From Amphiscolops sp. MND2022 (lineage: Eukaryota): 64,000 nucleotides of DNA. Below, piece by piece: positions 25,100-38,800 of this stretch (positions are counted from its first letter, which is position 1; the number at the start of each line of letters is the position of its first letter). The stretch lies in NCBI GenBank assembly GCA_964187785.1, contig OZ076409.1, positions 69,938,001 through 70,002,000 on the forward strand. Reading direction: 5' to 3'. The position numbers and the translations under genes are program-made. Below the pieces are notes generated by a model, which was not told the DNA's origin, did not search any database, and worked only from the letters and a program-made list of their open reading frames with translations.

Positions 25100-26720
25100 C
25101 GAAGAATTTAAAAATTTTGAGTTTGAGCAACACTAAATCTTTCGATATAGAATATCATGAATATAATAGACAACGATGAAGAAGTTGGGCAATAAAGAGC
25201 TCCCTTTTTGCTGAATTTTTGCAATGTTCGCTGGGAAAACCAAGTCTGGTTATGGACAGAATCACGAGCTTCCTTCATTCGCAAACAAAATAAAGAAGGT
25301 ATGATGATTGCTCTTCAAATCTACCGCTCTCAATTTCCAGTAGTTTTGACAAAACAGTGGAAAAAACACTTGCAAATAGAATCAAAAGACATCTCAATGT
25401 GAACGAACTTCTCGAAATTCAACCAGAGGTTTTCAGATTAAAAAGAAACAACACTTTTCAGACTCCATCTTATGCTTGAAAAGGGCAAAAGTTCTCAATT
25501 GCCAACAGCTCTGCTGAATATTGATCTAGAGAAGGCTTTTGATATCTCGTTACACTGTTAGATCACAAAAACTTTTCGCTTCTATCAAAATGATTGGATA
25601 CTAATATCCGAGGTTCAAAATTAACGTAGGCATTTGACAGAAAAGTGTGTTGTCACCATTTCTCTTCATCTTCTTGAACGTTTTTTTCAATTACTAACCG
25701 CAGAAATTCAAGTTCGTGGCATATGAAAGTTCCGGATGTCACAGGCAAGGATCCGTCAGATTTATCTGCCATCGTTCGGAAAACATGTTCTGAAATCGAA
25801 AAGATGTGTGCTGATCAGAGAATGTCAGTGAACCGACAACCAAACCTGTCTAACTGCGAACAAAAAGACTTCGACATCCCGGTTCTCAAATATTAAGCTG
25901 TCAAAGTGAAAAAAAACGAAATTTTTGGAGTTCCATTCTATAAAAAACTCAACTACCATAATCATTCTAACATAACAACTGGGTAAGCGAAGCGTAGTTG
26001 GACAGTAATCCAATCCTTTTGCTAGTGAAAATGGAGCTTTGCATTTTCAACATTACAATTTTTTTCACAAAACCATCATAATAGCTTCACTCTTCTTCCA
26101 GCACCAAACAGTCTTGAAAAAAACCTCAAATACATCATATCATTTGAGAAAAACTTCATAATGACTGTTTCCAGTCACAGCTCTCCAAATATCGTATCTT
26201 GTCAAAATCTGGTGGGCTCACAGCCTCTTGATCTTCTGAGTACAGCTATCGATGTCAAATTTCACTCGTATCGCAAACTGGAAGAAGCGTTAATTCACTG
26301 GACACACAATGCATTGTCCTCGTTCCCAGACAGTGTTTCTAGGTTGCTTCAAAGTTACGTTTCGCGATTCCAAACGTCATTGAGAAACTACAATTGCACG
26401 AGGTATAGACAACAATGTATATTTTGTTTTTTAGGTGATACGTCGAAATTCTACCAGCTTATAACCACCCATTACCGAACGCAATCTGCAGCCATCAAGT
26501 TATGTGGGTGGAGTGCTGATTGGCAATTCTATTGTCTTAGCCGATTACGCTCACTAGAACGGCAGAATGAGTCTTCGATTTGTCGTTTTGTCAAAAAAAG
26601 AAAAAACTACCGAACATTCATTCATGCCGTCTATAGAACTACTGAATTATTGAGGTCTTCTGTGACGAACTGTTCGGTAAACACCTTCCTGTATTCGGCA
26701 ATTCTAGTAAATATATTTTT
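25100..26720 (+). mobile_element. Highly degraded LINE ORF2 (RT and C-terminus), similar to 59100-61680
   Basis: Patchy similarity, e.g. ALLNIDLEKAFD and the YRSQF / QPEVF regions. Confidence 0.65.
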
Positions 26721-26999
26721 ATATCATTATGATAAACGAAGTCTTCAGTGAGAGAAGACTTATTTTTCCTTGACTTGTTCGTTTAAAAAGAAACATTTTT
26801 TCTACCTGAAGTACTTCAGCCTCAATTGTCAAACAAAGCAAATACAGAAAAAACCTGTACTCTTTGATACAAAACGAAAGTAACGCACAGATGCAACTGT
26901 GGTCAAAAAGTCGCAAAGACGCTCCACACGGTCTTTAGCCTAATTTTTCTGAAGATTTGGTAAATAGCTCCGTAGATTGGAGACAACAGAGACGAGTGG

Positions 27000-28900
27000 A
27001 AGAAAATCTCTGATGCAGTTTTGTAGGTTTGTCGCTGCAGTTGAGCTAGAAGATCACACAATATCCGGTGAGAATATTCCGTTTCCCCTCAAGTATATAA
27101 TTAAAAGATGATTTTAAACTTTACCCCTAAACTGGCTACCAAGTGTCTTCAAGAGGTTATGTCGCTTAGGAGGAACTTAACTTGCAACTGTATGTTTTAT
27201 TCCGACAACAGTTTAAGTTTCAATGGCAGAAAGAATCAAAAAACAACTGTGCAGATTGTCAAAACATCAATGACAGATTGTCGTCAAAAACTTGGTGCCG
27301 GATTGATAATATCCAGGGGGCAAATCCAACAAAACTGTGGTGGTCTGCAAACGAGAAAACAAAGACTATCCCTCTATGAAGGTAACACTGCCGCCAATAC
27401 TCCACTCTAGCCATATATGGACTACATTCAGCTACTGCAAACTTTGAAAAATCCGAGGGTTCATTTCACGGATCATTCTAAAGTATGATGGACACAAAAA
27501 GTCTGGAAAGACTGTTTCCAACGATAAAACAGTCAAATTGAGCGATACCCTGAGCTACATCGAAAAGCAGCGATGAACACTGAACCACTCTAGCGGTCCT
27601 CCTTCTAATGTACATTCTAATAAAAGTCACTGAAGTTTGAAGACCCTTTCATGTTTGCGGATGACTTGATACCCTTAGCTGCAGCCGAAACGAAAGAGGA
27701 GCTACAATTTGACCTGCAAGCTATGTCAAACTATGTTGAGACCAATGAAATGAGTTTAGCACCAGAGTTCGGAGGAACAAACACGGAATGCAACGATGAC
27801 AACACTGGTTTTGAGGAACCAGAAGACATGAAAGACCTGTTCTTATTGTAGAAAGGAACTCAATTTGTCTATCAACACCGACAGGATTTTGAAAGAAGTC
27901 GTCAAAGGTTTGCTTTCTCTCGGGCAAAAAGTTGCTTATATTGTTAGAACTGAAGTTCATCTGGGCCTATACAAATCGCTGTAACTTGCAGTTGTCGCCT
28001 GCGAACTCCCACGAGAATGCTATGTGAAACCTCCAAAAAAACGTGAAGTGATATATAGTAACAACCAACGTAATAGTTACACGAACAGTTTGAGTCTACT
28101 TAATATTTTGCTGCTAACAATGTTTGCGCAATTGAATGATCGTATACTTTTTCATCAACCACTAATGGAAACCTGGCGCTTACTCTGGACGTAAATGCCG
28201 AAGTGACTTGTAGCGCACACAGACCCTTTATCTATCAAACAAAAATATGCTGGTTCGAGGGAAGTCGCAGTGAATTCTTCATCAGGAATTGGCAAACTGT
28301 GAACAAAGTCAATACTTGCTTTGAGATTCGCAACCGACTTGGACTCAAAGCAGACCGCTCTAAGAAGTTTGGATTCATTCTGATAAACAGTTGAACAAAA
28401 TAAATTCGTGCACATGGTTATGGGTATCCAACTGTGCAAGATGTAGGACCATGGGACAAAGATGATTACTAGAGGAATGGGAGACCTCCCATCAGCGATT
28501 GCTGAGAATCCACCACAACAACAGCAAATGAAAAATGGAACGAACAGTGGAACGATCCTGATTTTGACACTCATCTTTAGACACTTGTTCATGGAGTAGA
28601 AATAGAACGTCACTGCAACTCGAAACAACAGTTGAGGTTTGCTCTCGAACTCATGTTGGATATTTGCCCACACCTGAATATCTACGCATACTACAGAAGT
28701 TTGTCAGCCAGTCACTCTGCTCTTGCAGGAAAACCAAAGAAATATAGATACATTATCTCTTCCGTTGTCACCAAAAGAAAACAGGGAATTGTCTGCTGGA
28801 AAATTAGATACTTTTGACTGGATTGATTGCTCAATGTTACTCGACTTTGTTTCGTCTTCTGAGCAATTTGAATCAAAGAAAACCATAATTCCCACAACAG
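27000..28900 (+). mobile_element. Degraded LINE remnants (RT FADD motif; C-terminal CCHC)
   Basis: MFADDLIPLAA at 27651 and SLCSCRKTKEI*IHYLFRC near 28710-28770. May be more than one element. Confidence 0.55.
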
Positions 28901-29619
28901 GAAACAAAACTTGAGGAGTCTCTCAACCACCGAAAACTAACTGTTTGAACTGTGAACATGATACTCCGATTTGCTTTCTCTGTTCGCGCTAGGTCTTTGC
29001 TCCTGTTCGGCCTCGCTTATCAAGAAAGAAACACTGTTGGCATATGCGAGCCCAAGAAGCTGTGAGGCACTAGAAGAAATAGCTAGGTATCAGAAGCACG
29101 TTTGATAGTCTAAATCAATTTGTATTTTTACGGATCTAATTATTTGTATATTGAGAACCTCAAATCTTATTCAAGTCAATTTTAGATCTATTTCCGTTTT
29201 CACAGTTGAGGATTTCAAAACTTCAAATCTTGTTACTTCAGACTTCATTGTTCAGATCCTTTTCCGTTTTATACTTTTCTTTTTCCTTCGAAGACCTCGT
29301 CTTCCAAATATTCCATTTTTTCTCAAAAAATCAATTTTTACTGATATAAAAAGTACCGAACAACAAGAATAAGACCTTAAATTTCATGTCTCATTCCCAA
29401 AACATGATTTTCTTTTTAAGTTTTATTCACGTTTTCAATTTAAGGTTTCTTCGGTAGGTCGTCCCCCTCCTGTAAAGCCATCGACCTTACCGGTTTCCAT
29501 CCGAAGTTGCTGAAACACTCTGGGCCCACACTTCCATTTCATGTTGAGGAGACTTTTAAACAACTCCTTTACTCATTAAAAATTGTTTTGGGGAAAACGT
29601 TAAAAGTTTTCCTGGCCGA

Positions 29620-29803
29620 GATCAGGCAAAACGGACAACCTGGAAGACAAAACGTTCCGTCCCAGAACAATACGTAGCGTTGTTGAAAAACTTTCCCGGA
29701 CGCTTAACATCAAAGAGAAATTTTGTCCTGGATTCCACGACTTTTCTCAATTTTCGTGTCCCGGATTCCACGAAAAGCAGCAAAATAGCTTGCCTGTCCA
29801 CTG
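29620..29803. mobile_element. Right end of the 19730-family MITE
   Basis: CCGGATTCCACGAAAAGCAGCAAAATAGCTTGCCTGTCCACTG followed by TA. Left end not identified. Confidence 0.65.
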
Positions 29804-30752
29804 TAATGCCGAACCCATTATTGCACAACGAATCAGCCAAACCAGGAGCAGAAACAGCGTGTTCGACGGGACTCAGGAAGGATTCCGGAGAGTGCGTGGA
29901 ACATGCAGGATCCTAATCAAACTTTTCGCGGACATCAACAAAACCAGAAGCTAGAAAGAAAAGCTTTTCTCGTAGCTATTGTCCTTGAGAAAATATTCGC
30001 GAGATTGGTCATAAATTTTGTGATAATCAAACTCATATCTGTAGTCGTTGGAACGCGTTCTATTACGTCTTCTATCGCGTCTTCTTTTTCTAATCTCTGT
30101 AAATTATATCGTAAACAAAATCTTCCAAAGTAAGCGGACGACATTTCGCTGCAGTGAAGTCTCAAACTGCAACTGTATGTCTCCAAGAAGCTTCCCAAGC
30201 AATGGGAAATATCAACGAATGGTGCTAACGAAATCGTTTTAAAAGAAATGTCGAAATTTGTTTCTGCCCATCAATTTCACAAACCATGAACGTGAGGCGA
30301 TCAAAGACTTTTGTACGAAAGTACGAAAGTAATCAGGGCCACTCCTACTGTGACAGGCCCGTCAATGGGAGTAAAAACGAAGCTTTTATTTATAATATAT
30401 ACTTTATATAGACAGGTGCTCATCAGCAGAACATTGCACTTTTTGAGCTTTTGAGTGGCACAGAATCCCCCGAGGAAATGCCTAGAGAAGTGTCGGTAAC
30501 GAGCGTCGGTACCCGATGTTTGTCCAGAAGATCTTCCACTTTCAACAACTTCTGGCCATATACAATCGACCAGAGGACTGCTACCGTCACCTATGTTTAA
30601 CTGGGTCTAAGTTGAAGTTTTTTTAGTACCTGTTGAGACCATCTTGATGGCTGTTTCAACGTTTTTACGAATATTCCCTTTAATAAATTTTTCACAACAA
30701 TTTGGCATGTTGTTTAACCCTGACAAGATCCTGCAGACGTCTCGGATAACTG

Positions 30753-31239
30753 AAACAAGACGGGAACGTCTCAAGTCGGCGCTATATCTAAGGCTCAAAA
30801 AGCGCAAAACATTTTTTTGGAAAAAAAGCTTGAAATTTTCGGAAAAAAATTCTTTCGGAAAATGTCGCACAGTGCCGAAAAATGTAAAAGGGGGATCCTT
30901 TTTGATTTATAAACACGCATTCTGTAGCAAAATAACAAAAAACTCAAAGGGGGGACCCTTTGGGAACATTAAAAAAAGTTCAAAAAAAGTCTCACAGTGC
31001 CGAAAAAAAATCGAAAGGGGGGGGGGAACTTTAGTCCCGTCCGGGTTTGTAGGTAACGTTTAAAAAGTAAATGAATGCGCTCCCCGTTTGCCTTTAGCGG
31101 TCCAGTAGTTTAGTACTGTATTTAGTAGTTGAACGTTAATTTTAACGTCCGTCGCTTCGAGTCTGTCTTAAATAAAAAAAAAGAAAAAGAAAAAAAAACG
31201 AGTGACTGTAATAGACTTAAGAAAAGCGCCGACTAAAAA
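30753..31239 (-). mobile_element. Helentron-associated (HINE/DINE-1-like) element, copy A
   Basis: SubTIRs AGTCGGCGC / GCGCCGACT, terminal hairpin AGACG-GGAA-CGTCT, A/T-run ends and GGGGGACCCTT internal repeats. Confidence 0.7.
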
Positions 31240-31426
31240 TGAGTGTTTCTGTATCAAAAGTCTTGTATTTTAGATTTTCCATGGGTTGCCGTAGTTATTC
31301 TGGTGTCAGGTTAGTGTTCATATAAGGGGTCCGCAAACAGAGAGAAACAGACAAGAAAAACGCAAATCAAAAGTGTTTTTTACTTATGCCAGCTGCAAAA
31401 TAACTGACAGAACTAACGACAAGTAC

Positions 31427-32080
31427 AAGTAACCCACTAAAATACAGTATAGCTGCCGTGATTCAACCAAACAAAAACGATGGGGAGTGAATTATTCTGA
31501 CGTGGAAATGTCGCTCGCAGTTCCTATAACACAAGCTGCGATAACCAATCCGAAGAGCCATCGACATATGCTACTTGAAAAACATACCATTTCGCTGATG
31601 AAACTTACCATTTTCTTAAAATCACAGAGGCATTAAACCACAGGGCCAATGAAAAGAACAAAAGTTTCCGAATTACACCTTCGGCTCCTTCAAAGATGAA
31701 GGTTGTATTTTCAAATTTTGCAAACTTGGTCGCGCACTTGGTGGCACTTCTAAAAAACACAACCATTCAGTACGCGACCAAGTTTGCAAAATTTGAAAAT
31801 ACAACCTTCATCTTTGAAGGAGCCGAAGGTGTAATTCGGAAACTTTTGTTCTTTTCATTGGCCCTGTGGTTTAATGCCTCTGTGATTTTAAGAAAATGGT
31901 AAGTTTCATCAGCGAAATGGTATGTTTTTCAAGCAGCATATGCCGATGGCTCTTCGGATTGGTTATCGCAGCTTGTGTTATAGGAACTGTGAGCGACATT
32001 TACGCTTCAGAATAATTCACTCCCCATCGTTTTTGTTTGGTTGAATCACGGCAGCTGTACTGTATTTTAATGGGTTACTT
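31427..32080. repeat. Long near-perfect inverted repeat (~312-bp arms, ~30-nt loop)
   Basis: 31427-31738 is the reverse complement of 31769-32080 with only a handful of mismatches. Confidence 0.97.
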
Positions 32081-32106
32081 AATGGGTACGAACCAGTACA
32101 TGCTTA

Positions 32107-32690
32107 AACAAGCCGAGAACGGCCAAAGTGGCTGGTGGCAAAATATAAAAAAAAATGAATTGAACAGTGTCACAGTGTCAAAAAATGTAAAAGGGGGGAC
32201 CCTTTGGGCTTTGTGAAACTCCAGCTGGTTGCAAAATATGAAAAAATTGAAGGGGGACCCTTTAAGGACTGAAAAAAATTGCCCAAAAAAAATTTTAAAA
32301 TGTGATTTTTGAACAGTGTCACAGTGCCAAAAAATGTAAAAGGGGGGACCCTTTGGAATTTTCTGACATCCATTGTGTTTTAAAATATCGAAACAAATAA
32401 AGGGGGGACCCTTTGGTGCAATCCAAAAAGTTTCAAAAAAAGTCGCATAGTGCCGAAAAAAAGTGAGGAGGGGAGGCTTAGGGGAGATCGTCAGTGTGTT
32501 GTCGAGGTTCTGTTTGTTTTGTTTTCTTTTTCGTTTTGGACGCGCTTCTTAGGTTCGCCAAGTTGTTGAAGAAATGAACTGAACAAAGAACAAAAAGAAA
32601 AGACACAGAAAGAAAAGTGGAACTTTCGTGTCTAAAAAAACTACCCACTGTTAGAGTCGGGCACATTTTCTACCAAAATGCGCCGACTAA
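32107..32690 (-). mobile_element. HINE-like element, copy B
   Basis: AACAAGCCGAGAACGGCC start and ..AGTCGGGCAC..GCGCCGACTAAAA end. Inserted in an A run with no evident TSD. Confidence 0.7.
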
Positions 32691-32838
32691 AAACAGAGCA
32701 GTGCTCTGTTTTTTAAGCATGTACTGGTTCGTTAAAATTGCAAAAGTTGAGGAAGAATGACATAAAACCTCAAATAGTAAATATCGTAGTGTGCATTCAG
32801 TTTTCAAAACAAAGCAGTATAATTGTCCCACTCATCTG

Positions 32839-35800
32839 TTTTTCAGTTGTCCGTCTTTTTGCCATTTGATTTCGCATGGAGGTGCAACAAAAATTAACTC
32901 ATCTTTCGAGGATATACTTGTTCACGGAAAAAGTACCTGGATAGCACCTAAAATCATGGTGCTTCGTTTTTCTATGACGTCACCAAAGAACGAAGCTTCG
33001 CGAATCGTTCGACATTACGCCCAAGATGTTTTTCTGCTTCAAAAATATTCTCATGTCTTTGAGTAATAAATTGTAGTCAACAATCAGGTATCAATGTACC
33101 AAAGGTTGTTGTGCATTTGCAAACTTTTACTAAAATTTGAGCGGTTTCGGAAAGAAACGGGAACCTCTGTGGTTCACTATTTTGAGTCCCTCCACACGAT
33201 TTGATGACGGAGCCGACAGAAAAGTTTTTAGTTTTTGCTGACTGGGCTTATCAATTTATAATTATCAGGGTAAAAATAGAAAAATTTTCCAGGCTCAATT
33301 ATTTTTCAACGAACTGACAGTTTTTGCAAAATCGATGTTCGGAATGACTTTCTTTGCGTTGAAGGTTTTCAATTGTAGCAACTGTTTTAGTACCGAAACC
33401 CACTGGGTGATTTCCGAATTTTGCTCAGCGTGAAAGTTCTAGTCCTGTTTAATCATTCGACTTGGCGGTCAAAGTTTTAGAAATCGGTCACCAATTACTA
33501 CAAGTATTTACAGAAAAATCAGTCGTGAAAAGTTCCCTTGTGAAAATCAATTTTTTTCAACATCGAACGTCTTTTTGTTATCGCGTTCAACTTCCAAAAC
33601 ACAATGTGTTGGAGGTATTAAACCTTGCAGCTAACTTCAGCGTCTTGCCTCAGCATTTGATGTACACTTTGTTTCAAGATCTTCTATATGAAGTTTATCC
33701 ACGCTGTTTTTTTCGAATGTCCACATTTTCCTTATGAAACAAGAGGATTTCCTAAAGGCCCTGTCAGTCCAGACAAAACTTTTTATTTGACATTCGAAGA
33801 AAATTGAAGCACATCGCTCCATTTTTTTCAAAAATTCGAAAGCATTGAGGCTGGCCGAGAAAACGAAGCAAATTGATAGGTTGCAAAAAAAACGCTTCAG
33901 TGTTTGCCCATGTCACGAAATTGAAGATTGCTGTCAAGGGTCACCGAGCAAGAATATTGTTTTCATTTTCGCTTTTCGAATTTAAACTGTCAACTGTTTA
34001 TGATTCCATTCGTTTGAAAGTTATGTTTATTCCTGCAATATTTTTTTTTCGAAATAGTTGACAATGCCACATCTATAATTCTTTAAAGTTTTTGGGCTTT
34101 TATGCAAAAGTTACAGGGGTCATTCTTACCGGCTTTTGTCAAATCGTGACACAAAAACAAAAAATCAAGAAAGAGTTTGGTTTAAGTTGCTCGCCTACAC
34201 TCACAGAACTGTTAAACTCTGTTCCCTTAATTAAAAATTCTGATAGTTTGGGTCGATACGCTCTGGGTTGCGAGAGCTTGAGGCTCTCAGATCGTTACCT
34301 TCCTCTGAGCGAGAGATAAACTGTTAGGTTAATGTCGTTAGCAACCCTTTAATTTCCTTCATTTCAGCTTGTAATTTCGCGATTTGGCTATTCACTTCAA
34401 TCTGAGAGTTTGGATTGAATCCATTTTGATGGATGGATTTCAGATGAATTCGAGTCTGAGTCTGCATTTGCGGCGTTATTTAAAACTGAGTCCATATTCA
34501 GATGAACTTTTAGTAGAGTAGGAATTATCGATGACGTTTCCACTTATAAGTCTACGAGGAGAAGTCTACTGTACTCAGTACTCATATAATGGAGAAAAAT
34601 AGGTTTTTGTTAAAACAATGAATTTGGTATTAAGATAGAGTAAGTAAGTGTCGAAATCAAGGTTGTAAGCGTAGCAAGCTAGTTAATGAGCGCCTTCTGG
34701 GCTGTTCGGGTTGCGTCTAATCTTCAGCTTTGTCACCCACGGGTGACTGCACTCAATTATCTTAACTTTCACTTCATCAAAGACTGGTACGGCGAGGTGA
34801 TAATTATCACCTCGCTCCAATTCACAAACTTCAATAGTGAGGTATCTTACTGTAGCAGATTTGCACAATTGGTGAATTAGAAACTCTGACTTCACTGAGA
34901 ATGAATTGGTGTAATAGAAGGGCACTTGAATAATCCCTGCTGGATTTACGTTGCTAAATAGCACTTGTGATGAAGTCAAGATGGACGATATGCGAAAATT
35001 TGTGAATGACAGGTTTCGGATGAATACTTGATGAGTGATGATTTATGGATGAAAATGGATGGGGCCCTTCGGTCTCAGAGGCATTGACTTTATAGCCCTG
35101 GTTTTTCATCCTTTTCCATCCAAGGTAGTGAAATGATTGTGAAATCATCTATTTCTCTCGGGAGAGTATGAATGTGTAGAAGCACTGATGACTCCATGTG
35201 TTTGATCAATAGCACCTTTTGGAATGTATAAACTACGCGCGATCAGGTGCTCATGTTCATAGTACTTACATATATATATATATGTTTGTAAACTCAACAC
35301 TCAGGAAAAGGATGACAAAGTAAATAACGTAGGGTTGCTCACAAGCGTGTATACGGTACCCATAGGTGATTATAAACAACCACATATATGTACATGACAG
35401 TTACAAATCCGAAGATTTCCTTTTAAAAAAAATTTCGTGAGATGAGGTCCTTCGCAAGACACTTTTTAGTTGCACCTAAGGCATGGTTAACCCAAAACAT
35501 GGTTATATATATATTTGGCATGGTTATATATATATTTGGAGGTGCAACAAAAATTAACTCATCTTTCGAGGATATACTTTTTCACGGAAAAAGTACCTGG
35601 ATAGCACCTAAAATCATGATGCTTCGCTTTTCTATGACGTCACCAAAGAACGAAGCTTCGCGAATCGTTCGACATTACGCCCAAGATGTTTTTCTGCTTC
35701 AAAAATATTCTCATGTCTTTGAGTAATAATATGTAGTCAACAATCAGGTATCAATGTACCAAAGGTTGTTGTGCATTTGCAAACTTTTACTAAAATTTGA

Positions 35801-38800
35801 GCGGTTTCGGAAAGAAACGGGAACCTCTGTGGTTCACTATTTTGAGTCCCTCCACACGATTGGATGACGGAGCCGACAGAAAAGTTTTTAGTTTTTGCTG
35901 ACTGGGCTTATCAATTTATAATTATCAGGGTAAAAATAGAAAAATTTTCCAGGCTCAATTATTTTTCAACGAACTGACAGTTTTTGCAAAATCGATGTTC
36001 GGAATGACTTTCTTTGCGTTGAAGGTTTTCAATTGTAGCAACTGTTTTAGTACCGAAACCCACTGGGTGATTTCCGAATTTTGCTCAGCGTGAAAGTTCT
36101 AGTCCTGTTTAATCATTCGACTTGGCGGTCAAAGTTTTAGAAATCGGTCACCAATTACTACAAGTATTTACAGAAAAATCAGTCGTGAAAAGTTCCCTTG
36201 TGAAAATCAATTTTTTTCAACATCGAACGTCTTTTTGTTATCGCGTTCAACTTCCAAAACACAATGTGTTGGAGGTATTAAACCTTGCAGCTAACTTCAG
36301 CGTCTTGCCTCAGCATTTGATGTACACTTTGTTTCAAGATCTTCTATATGAAGTTTATCCACGCTGTTTTTTTCGAATGTCCACATTTTCCTTATGAAAC
36401 AAGAGGATTTCCTAAAGGCCCTGTCAGTCCAGACAAAACTTTTTATTTGACATTCGAAGAAAATTGAAGCACATCGCTCCATTTCTTTCAAAAATTCGAA
36501 AGCATTGAGGCTGGCCGAGAAAACCAAGCAATACTTGTTGAGGATATACTTGTTCACGGAAAAAGTACCTGGATAGCACCTAAAATCATGGTGCTTCGTT
36601 TTTCTATGACGTCACCAAAGAACGAAGCTTCGCGAATCGTTCGACATTACGCCCAAGATGTTTTTCTGCTTCAAAAATATTCTTATGTCTTTGAGTAATA
36701 AATTGTGGTCAACAATCAGGTATCAATGTACCAAAGGTTGTTGTGCATTTGCAAATTTTTACTAAAATTTGAGCGGTTTCGGAAAGAAACGGGAACCTCT
36801 GTGGTTCACTATTTTGAGTCCCTCTACACGATTTGATGACGGAGCCGACAGAAAAGTTTTTAGTTTTTGCTGACTGGGCTTATCAATTTATAATTATCAG
36901 GGTAAAAATAGAAAAATTTTCCAGGCTCAATTATTTTACAACGAACTGACAGTTTTTGCAAAATTGATGTTTGGAATGATTTTCTTTGCGTTGAAGGTTT
37001 TCAATTGTAGCAACTGTTTTAGTACCGAAACCCACTGGGTGATTTCCGAATTTTGCTCAGCGTGAAAGTTCTAGTCCTGTTTAATCATTCGACTTGGCGG
37101 TCAAAGTTTTAGAAATCGGTCACCAATTACTACAAGTATTTACAGGCAAATCAGTCGTGAAAAGTTCCCTTGTGAAAATCAATTTTTTTCAACATCGAAC
37201 GTCTTTTTGTTATCGCGTTCAACTTCCAAAACACAATGTGTTGGAGGTATTAAACCTTGCAGCTAACTTCAGCGTCTTGCCTCAGCTTTTGATGTACACT
37301 TTGTTTCAAGATCTTCTATATGAAGTTTATCCACGCTGTTTTTTTCGAATGTCCACATTTTCCTTATGGAAACAAGAGGATTTCCTAAAGGCCCTGTCAG
37401 TCCAGACAAAACTTTTTATTTGACATTCGAAGAAAATTGAAGCACATCGCTCCATTTCTTTCAAAAATTCGAAAGCATTGAGGCTGGCCGAGAAAACGAA
37501 GCAAATTGATAGGTTGCAAAAAAAACGCTTCAGTGTTTGGCCATGTCACGAAATTGAATATTGCTGTCAAGGGTCACCGAGCAAGAATATTGTTTTCATT
37601 TTCGCTTTTCGAATTTAAACTGTCAACTGTTTATGATTCCATTCGTTTGAAAGTTATGTTTATTCCTGCAATATTTTTTTTTCGAAATAGTTGACAATGC
37701 CACATCTATAATTCTTTAAAGTTTTTGGGCTTTTATGCAAAAGTTACAGGGGTCATTCTTACCGGCTTTTGTCAAATCGTGACACAAAAACAAAAAATCA
37801 AGAAAGAGTTTGGTTTAAGTTGCTCGCCTACACTCACAGAACTGTTAAACTCTGTTCCCTTAATTAAAAATTCTGATAGTTTGGGTCGATACGCTCTGGG
37901 TTGCGAGAGCTTGAGGCTCTCAGATCGTTACCTTCCTCTGAGCGAGAGATAAACTGTTAGGTTAATGTCGTTAGCAACCCTTTAATTTCCTTCATTTTAC
38001 CTTGTAATTTCGCGATTTGGCTATTCACTTCAATCTGAGAGTTTGGATTGAATCCATTTTGATGGATGGATTTCAGATGAATTCGAGTCTGAGTCTGCAT
38101 TTGCGGCGTTATTTAAAACTGAGTCCATATTCAGATGAACTTTTAGTAGAGTAGGAATTATCGATGACGTTTCCACTTCTAAGTCTACGAGGAGAAGTCT
38201 ACTATACTCATATAATGGAGAAAAATAGGTTATTGTTAAAACAATGAATTTGGTATTAAGATAGAGTAAGTAAGTTTCGAAATCAAGGTTTAGAAGCAAC
38301 TGGTTGTAAGCGTAGCAAGCTAGTTAATGAGCGCCTTCTGGGCTGTTCGGGTTGCGTCTAATCTTCAGCTTTGTCACCCACGGGTGACTGCACTCAATTA
38401 TCTTAACTTTCACTTCATCAAAGAATGGTACGGCGAGGTGATAATTGTCACCTCGCTCCAATTCACAAACTTCAATAGTGAGGTATCTTACTGTAGCAGA
38501 TTTGCACAATTGGTGAATTAGAAACTCTGACTTCACTGAGAATGAATTGGTGTAATAGAAGAGCACTTGAATAATCCCTGCTGGATTTACGTTGCTAAAT
38601 AGCACTTGTGATGAAGTCAAGATGGACGATATGCGAAAATTTGTGAATGACAGGTTTCGGATGAATACTTGATGAGTGATAATTTATGGATGAAAATGGA
38701 TAGGGCCCTTCGGTCTCAGAGGCATTGACTTTATAGCCCTGGTTTTCCATCCTTTTCCATCCAAGGTAGTGAAATGATTGTGAAATCATCTATTTCTCTC

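Noticed and set aside
26161..26751. 196-aa plus-strand ORF and 172-aa ORF 28155-28673 as host genes
   Set aside because: Lie within or antisense to decayed LINE ORF2 3' regions; no independent motifs.
32791..33066. HGKSTWI as a P-loop NTPase
   Set aside because: Lacks GxxxxGK spacing and a Walker B motif; short ORF in a repeat.
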